Shown: positions 56,955-64,000 of the stretch, piece by piece | Layout: every line of letters starts with the position of its first letter | Position numbering within the stretch: the first letter of the stretch is position 1 | Assembly (NCBI GenBank): GCA_002245135.1 | Contig: NGBS01000001.1 | Location: 62,001 to 126,000, forward strand | DNA: 64,000 nucleotides | From: Proteromonas lacertae | Lineage: Eukaryota | Direction: 5' to 3' | Notes under the pieces: generated by a model | The model's database searches: none | Told to the model about the DNA's origin: nothing | The model's input: the letters and a program-made list of their open reading frames with translations, nothing else | Position numbers and translations under genes: made by a program

Positions 56955-58134
56955 ATGAGTCAAAGTACTCCTACAATAAAGTATATTATTTATTTACACC
57001 TAGTTGTATGTCTCCTCCCCGTGTTTATACCGATGCTGCTCTTCTATCACCATCAATACACAATAATCTTCTAAACTCTCCGAGTTGTTCCACACCAACT
57101 GTATATACCCCAAACGGAACAAAGAAGAAGCCTTGTAATTGTAAACAATCTAAATGTCTTAAATTATATTGTGAGTGCTTTGCCTCAGGTGGATATTGTG
57201 ACCCAACTACATGTAATTGCGTAAATTGTTGTAATAATTCAGTATTTTTTCTACAAATTATTTTTCTTAGGAACATGAAGCTCAAAGAAAGGCAGTAATA
57301 GATAATATATTAGAAAAAAATCCTCATGCATTTCGTAAAAAGGTAGCACAAAGTCCATATGCTCCAAAAGAGACAAAACATTACAAAGGTTGTAATTGTA
57401 AGCGTAGTTTTTGTTTAAAGAAATATTGCGAATGTTTTCAAGCAGGCATAGTATGTGGTGAAAATTGTAAGTGTTTGGAGTGTAAAAACTATGAAAATTC
57501 ACAGGATAGACATAATGCGCTTGAAATGTCGCCATATCCACTGTCTTCACCAGCAGCATCTCCCATTAAAATAAGACCATCTCCTACCTACTCAACTATT
57601 CTTCCTTCCAATAATCAGAATATTCTATCACCTTCACAGTCATATGCTAGTCCAAAGAAACGAAAATTAGATGATATAAAACCTGCTTCCCCTATTTCAA
57701 CTATCATTACTCCCACACTATTGGAAGATGTTACAAAGAGATTGTTAAAAGCATATTTTAATGGTGAAAAAGAAAAGAGTTTATATGTGAATAACAAGAA
57801 AATGGAAGAGGAAGGTAATGGTAATGATGATAATGAGTTATATTGCTATGAGAAGTATAAATCAAATCAATACACTAGAAATGAGCAATATGTGTTGTCA
57901 GCCTATTATAGCTGCTTATTATCAATTAATAATAGTCTTACAGAATATTCAAAGAGTAGTAATTCAGTGGACGAAGTGAATAAACCAGATGATTATGTAA
58001 TTCAGAATAACAATATACCTGAGCCTCCTGTTTCACTGAATCAAGGTGACATGTCATTTCAACCAGGTATTGCTACTCCTGCTCTAATTAATATTGATAA
58101 TACTAATAATGTAGTTTACAGTCACACAGATTGA
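56955..58134 (+). CDS. Tesmin/TSO1/LIN54-like CRC domain protein, copy B
   Basis: [49 protein letters not shown]. Confidence 0.92.
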
Positions 58135-58278
58135 TAACTACAGTATTTTAAATTACTTTTGTTTTTGTACAGGAATCTATTCGTCCTAATTATTCTTATT
58201 TTATGGTTTTTCATTTTTTTCTATTTTTCATTTTGGTAGAATTATTAAAAAAACATGATCATAAAAGATATGTTTAAT

Positions 58279-60182
58279 TTATTTGATATAATAGCCATTG
58301 ATATGACTTCTTACATCATCTCCATTCACTTTCAATTGATCTTTTCGTTTATCATATCCAATCTCCAAATTACCCATTCCACATCTAATCCAACTGGAAT
58401 TCCTACAACATTCACCTTCTGGATAGAAATTGTTAATCGAAGTCTTCTTTTTACCACATTCAGAGCATTTGAAAAACCTTTTAACACCTTGTGATTGAGA
58501 AATTGTGTGATTCAATTTCATACAAAATTCACTTGGCTTTTCTAACCACGTACTATTATATTATAGCAATAATAAACATACTTGCATTTTAAACAATGAT
58601 ATACAGTAATCTGTAGTTCTTTGATCTGTTCTTTTTTTATTTCTCTTTCTTCTTGATTGATATACTTATTCAACGTTTTAGCCATTTCATTTTCTTTCTC
58701 TACTTTTATTACATTTTCATATGAACTTGTTTGTGTTTTGGCTTTCTGAATTTCTTCATCAGTTATTCCTAATAATTGTTGTAATTCATTTGATTCTCTG
58801 TTTGAAACTGTTTCTCTTGACTCTTGATGGATTATTGAGTAATTTGGTTGTTGTAATCCTTTTTCTTTAATCACTATAAATAATGGTAATAAATTTATGT
58901 TCATATATATATATATATACATCTTTCGACTTTGTATCTTGTTTGAGGATCATTTTGATCATACTTTTCAATCATTTGCGGAGTTGTTACTTTGATCTTT
59001 CTCTATTATACAAAATAATATGGAGAATAATACAAATGGAAGTGGTTTAATATCTTGACTTAATTTTGTTGTTAATTTTGGTTTCTATACATACATATAT
59101 ACATAAATATAATATAATACACTGTCTTCTAAGATGATAGTTCCACTGGTTGATACAGTCCTATACATCGCCAACATATTCAAATTGAGTGTTTTTCCAT
59201 TATTCAATTTGATTGTCTTATTTGGAATGTCAGGAATTGTCATTATACAATCTGAATCTCTTTTCTTTTTCTCTTCCTCTTTCTTCTCTAATTGAATATA
59301 AGCATTCAACAACCTTGTTCCATGTGACTTTGAAATATTCATGTTCTTGTTACTATTTAATATTTTTAATGTTCTTTCCATATTCTTTATATCTTCTTTA
59401 TGACTTAAAACAGGCATTCCGATAATACCAGATGCTGATGTAGATAATGATTGACTTTTACCAACAAATATTCCATTTTGAGCTAATTGTTTAGGATTAT
59501 ATTTCTTACTTTTAAACATTACTGATTTTGGTGTATAAACAGAATTAAACTCTTTTCTTGCTGATTGTGTTTTGTTAAAGAAATCATTAATATGTTTTTC
59601 GCAGTATTTTCCTTTGGATAGATTTACTACTGTTGTACATCTATTCCCATCTTTGTTATTTGCTTCACATATTCCATAATCTAAAGATGTTCCTATCTTT
59701 ATTATTTGTTGAGCCATATTCACAGATAAACAAACTAAACCTCTGTCTCCTTGATATACAGATGGATTTGATAAACAATACTAATAGATAATATAATCAA
59801 ATTTATGTATACAACACCTCCTAATGAGTCTTGAAAGTGATCTTTATAAGCATTTGTATATAGCGTTATAACAACTGTATTACCTTCTAAATCTGACAAT
59901 CTCCATGTTACAAATTTATGATTATTCTTAGATAGATGGGTAATGCTTTTTGATATTAAAACTCCAATACTCATCCAATCACTCTAACAATAAAACATTA
60001 ATATCATAATATACCTTATTCTTATCTAAGCCAAGCGCTTGAGTTTGTATTTGAGGTAATAATACAAACTTTCGTAGTTTTACTTCATCATCTAAAGTAA
60101 CTTGATCTATTAATCTATTTCCTATTCTCAAACCAGAGTGTGGCTCTTTTTGAGAATTATTATCAACCACCACTGCCTGCAT
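58279..60182 (-). CDS. MCM10: DNA replication factor MCM10
   Basis: EPHSGLRI; DWMSIGVLISKS; WRLSDL; IGTSLDYGIC...C...YCEKH zinc finger; C-terminal KRFFKCSECG. Confidence 0.9.
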
Positions 60183-60205
60183 CTTGAGATAATGAATTTA
60201 AAATA

Positions 60206-60221
60206 TTTCGCGCCTTTTGAA
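60206..60221. promoter_or_regulatory. E2F-like site TTTCGCGC with adjacent CHR-like TTTGAA in the MCM10/U2AF-like bidirectional promoter
   Basis: Exact TTTSSCGC match 24 bp from the MCM10 ATG; CGCG is very rare at this base composition. Confidence 0.55.
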
Positions 60222-60273
60222 AAACTTGATAAAAACTTGATTCATTCAAACAATAAGCTTGACTGAAGAAAAA

Positions 60274-61504
60274 ATGTCTCGTAGCAACAGAAAGAAGGTA
60301 TTTACAATCCTTATAAACATTTAGAAATTGCCTAATTACGTAGAAGATTCACCATACAAGTTGTCATTCGGCTTTCTTGATCCTAAAGTGTCTGATGAAG
60401 AAATTCGTCAAGTTCTTGAAATTGTTGGAGAATTAAGTGCGTTAAATATAATAAGAACACCAGGAGAAAGAGTATGATCTGTTATATAATTGTTAGGTGT
60501 ATGGTTATTTTACTTATGCAGAGCCATCTCTTACAACAAAAGCTATAAAAGTTTGTGATGGTTTAGAAGTAGGTGATGATTCTATTCATGTATGGAAGCA
60601 ATCTCCTCCAGAAGATAAGATGAAGAGAGGCTCAGATGGAAATGACGATAAAAAATCATCAAAAAAGCAAAGAACAGATAAATTTTCATCTGCTCCTGCA
60701 ATTTTAGCAGTGGCTGATCAGTTATCAGAGATTATGCAAAGGGATGCTCCAAATAAACAAGCTCGTGAATTATATGTTGGTAATGTACCAGACCAATACG
60801 ATCCAGAAGAACTTCGAGCATTTTTAGGTGAAGCAATGCAGCAAGTATTTTAATTATCTATATTCTATTAGTCTGGTCTTGCTTTATACCCAGGTAATCC
60901 AATATTGAATCTCAGAATCAATCAGAAATTCTGTTTTCTAGAAGTTCGTACTGTAGAAGAAGCTACAAGAGCTTTAAATATGACAAATATAATATACAAA
61001 GGTTGTTCTTTACAGTTTGGTAGAACTAAGACATATACAGGAACAACTACTACTCATAAGACTTGGGATGAAGTTCGAGGAAAGTGCACTTTGGGTGTAG
61101 CTGATACTGTAGAAGCAAAATATGATTCTATCATACAGGCTCTACGACCAATATCTACAGAATTATCAACAGCTACCAATATGGCAAAGTCACAATATCC
61201 AAAAATGTTGACTCCTTACTTACAGATTAATAATATTACTACTTTAGATCAAGTGCAAGATGGTGATTATTTAAAATGGTTAGAACAAGATATTAGAGGT
61301 GAATTAGAGAAATATGGAAAAGTTGAAGAACTGATTATACCTACACAGAAAGATGCTGGTAAAATATTCGTAAGATATGAAAAGGAATTGCAAGCAGCAA
61401 AGTTCTTTTCTATAGTACCTACCTTATCATATTGTGGAAGGTTAATTGGTGCTGTATTTATTAGTGCACAGAGATTTGGATTGTTTAAAGAAAGGAATAA
61501 ATAA
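60274..61504 (+). CDS. U2AF large-subunit (U2AF65)-like RRM protein with permuted domain order
   Basis: RRM2-like VEDSPYKLSFG..., then RRM1-like QARELYVGNVP...PGNPIL...FCFLEVRTVEEA, then UHM-like EQDIRGELEKYGKV...GKIFVRY; three introns. Confidence 0.8.
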
Positions 61505-61570
61505 TTTTTTGTTTAATATCTTTTTATTGTTTATATTTCGTCTTATTTTTTAAAAATTGAAAATAAGTTT

Positions 61571-61592
61571 GGCTTGAAAGAATTTGGCTTGA
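61571..61592 (+). promoter_or_regulatory. Tandem GGCTTGA putative promoter motif
   Basis: Two copies 20-40 bp upstream of ATG 61612; the same heptamer lies upstream of many genes in the window. Confidence 0.55.
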
Positions 61593-61611
61593 TTTTATTC
61601 TTTTTGAAAAT

Positions 61612-63523
61612 ATGAACTTGTCAGATATGAAATTGGCTTTAGAGCAGGAGGAAAGTATTTAAATCTCATTGAATTTATTTTGTGGTGTAATAGAGAAAGG
61701 AGAAGATGGGGATCAGGACTTAATATTGGCATTGAGGTTACAAATAGAGGAGAATGGTATTTTTAAAATCATTTTGTTATATAAACAGAAATTAATCAAG
61801 AAGAGGATCAAGAAAACAATGAAATGATTGAAAGTTTCTTAAGATGCTATTTATGTGGGAAAAAACCAAGTGTATCAAATGCAGCTGAAGTTCCAGTATA
61901 TTCTTCACTATTTCATTATTTAGGATTGTGGTCATCGTTTTTGTAAATCCTGTTTACACAACTATATAATCAAAATCGGATTAAATAATAAAGAGTTTTC
62001 ATGCCCAAGACCAGAATGTGGTATAAAGTTCAGAATTGATACATGGGCATTAAACCAAAAAGTGTTAAACAAACAAGAATATGACGATAATGAAAAATCA
62101 CAATGGAATTTAATGTTGACTGAAGGATTAGTAATCAGTTGTCCCAATCCAAAATGTGGTTCAGTGTTTGCAGTAGAACCATCAGAAATACATAATAAAA
62201 TAACAGGAGAAAAAGATGATAATGGAAATGAGATGAGTTTAGAAGCAATTCAGAATAGAGATAGATATAGAATTAGGTGTATTAAATGTGAGTATATATA
62301 ATTTATATTTATATATTATTATTGTATTTCTATTATAGTACAACGCTTTGTATAAAATGTAAAGTATCACCATATCACTTAGGAAAGACATGTGAAGAAT
62401 ATTATGAATATGTACATAACCCCAAATGTAGATATTGTCATAGACAATTGCTTAATAATAATAATAATAATATAGATGTATGTGAAGATACAGAATGTCA
62501 AACTAAATTGAATATAGCTTGTACAAAAATATTAGTATATTCATATATTGTTATATTGTTATATTATTATTAGAAATGTGGACATAGATGTAATAGTATA
62601 AAGAGTTCAGCATGTTTGGGCTGTTTTAATACAGATTGTAAACACCAAAAAATCAATGGAGATGATTATTGTACTATATGCTTTGTAGAAGCGTTGATAG
62701 ATGCACCTTGTATTCAATTGAGTTGTTCACATGTGTTTCATTATTTATGTTTAAAAGTATATTTACTATATGAAGTGTATATATATATTATGATAGAAAA
62801 GAATACAATCAGGTTATACGACTAAAAGAATCACATTTACTCATATACAATGTCCAGAATGTCGAAAATATATAGATCACCCTTGTTTATCAAGTGAAAT
62901 ACAAAAAGATATTTTATTATTAAAGAAAATAAAAGAAAATGCAGTGAGGTGTTTGAGAGAAGAGAATATGTTGAATGACAAAGCTTTGATTGATCCAGTA
63001 TAATATCATATTTTTATTATTATTGTACTTTTTAATAGAAAAGTAAATTTTATAAGAAACCTGAAGAATATGGTTTATCAAAATTAGCGTTTTATATGTG
63101 TAGTAAATGTAGAGAACCATATTTTGCTGGTTTAGTGGAATGTGGTGAAAATGATACAGATAAAGTGTTGTTATGTCGTATATATTATTTTTTATCATTG
63201 TTATTATCTAAATAGCTAAATGTATACCTCCCAAATATGGTATTGATTGTTGTGAAAAGCATGGAAAAGAGTTTATTAAATGGAAATGTCGATTCTGTTG
63301 TAATGTAGCCAATTGGTATTGTTGGAATTCTACACATTTTTGTGATGCTTGTCATACAAAACAAGTAGGTGGTGATTATTTAACAAAAAAGAAGAAAAGT
63401 GAATTACCACAGTGTCCTGGAGTAGATAAATGTCCTCTCCATATTCCACATCCTCCTCCTGGAGAAGAATTTTCATTAGGTTGTTTTGAATGTGAATTAG
63501 AAAGAGTAAATCTGTCACTTTAA
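61612..63523 (+). CDS. E3 ligase: RING + IBR-like + MYCBP2/PHR-type RING-Cys-relay C-terminus
   Basis: CGHRFCKSC...CPRPEC; CPNPKC...CIKCKVSPYHLGKTCEEY; DDYCTICFVEALIDAPCIQLSCSHVFH; KCRFCCNVANWYCWNSTHFCDACH; HPPPGEEFSLGCFEC. Confidence 0.88.
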
Positions 63524-63641
63524 CTAATAATTAGTGTTTAAGTTATTTCATTTAATCTTTTTATCATCAAAATAAAAGCAAGAAATATATATATATATAG
63601 TAAATAAAAAACAATTTAAATAAGATTTATTCTTAATTCAC

Positions 63642-64000
63642 TTAATTTTGCCAGGGTGGACGACCATCGTTATATTCTTCTTCTTCATTACCTTCAGCTC
63701 TTTCAATTTCATTTTTTCTAATCTTCAGAATATCTCCCTTTCTTAATTCAATTTGTTTTGATTCAATTACATCTTCAGGGATATCTCTTGCTCTAAATTT
63801 ATTAACATTTCTTTTTTGTTCTTCTATTCTTTGTTGAAACTCTTGCAACGCTCTTTGATGTAATATTTCTGACTGTAAATGAAATGGTTCAAATTGTGTT
63901 AATGGTTTTTCACTCATTTTAGCAAAATTCATTTGTGAATAGGAACATACAGGACGTGCTTTGAAATTATGTTGCTTTTTTTCTTCTTCCTTCTCTTTTT
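63642..64000 (-). CDS. TPX2-like microtubule-associated protein, 3' part
   Basis: FKARP, KPLTQFEPFHLQS and FRARDIP repeats typical of TPX2/FAM161-type proteins. Confidence 0.6.
   Translation of the reverse strand, partial: KEKEEEKKQHNFKARPVCSYSQMNFAKMSEKPLTQFEPFHLQSEILHQRALQEFQQRIEEQKRNVNKFRARDIPEDVIESKQIELRKGDILKIRKNEIERAEGNEEEEYNDGRPPWQN

Overview
AT-rich (roughly 25-28% GC by eye), very compact eukaryotic nuclear DNA. It holds about 33 protein-coding genes split by many tiny GT-AG introns (mostly 23-45 nt, donor GTAT, acceptor TAG/CAG), with intergenic gaps often under 150 bp. Axonemal genes (two dynein light chains, MNS1, PACRG, katanin) show a flagellated protist. Intron size and composition fit an opalinate stramenopile such as Proteromonas, a Blastocystis relative (inference only). 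Housekeeping genes: RPS19, RPS20, RPLP1, RNase Z, PUS7, FDXR, RUVBL2, MCM10, ARPC3, NPC1, PiT and CRT-like transporters. Most notable: (1) a U2AF65-like protein with permuted RRM2-RRM1-UHM order and no RS domain; (2) two pseudokinase-linker-LRR proteins, one N-acylated, plus a kinase-less LRR gene; (3) two 7TM-RGS receptors; (4) an ion-channel/adenylyl-cyclase fusion lacking its first catalytic Asp; (5) a LAMTOR1-like gene missed by the ORF track; (6) a full TRIM (RBBC) ligase and a RING-IBR/MYCBP2-RCR hybrid ligase; (7) a duplicated katanin + LIN54/tesmin pair with a Walker-B-mutant katanin; (8) a recurrent GGCTTGA promoter motif and an E2F/CHR-like site at MCM10; (9) seven or eight +1 frame breaks in conserved genes, most likely consensus insertion errors. 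No rRNA, tRNA, CRISPR or transposon was recognised. All gene models were spliced by hand and all homology calls come from remembered motifs, not searches.
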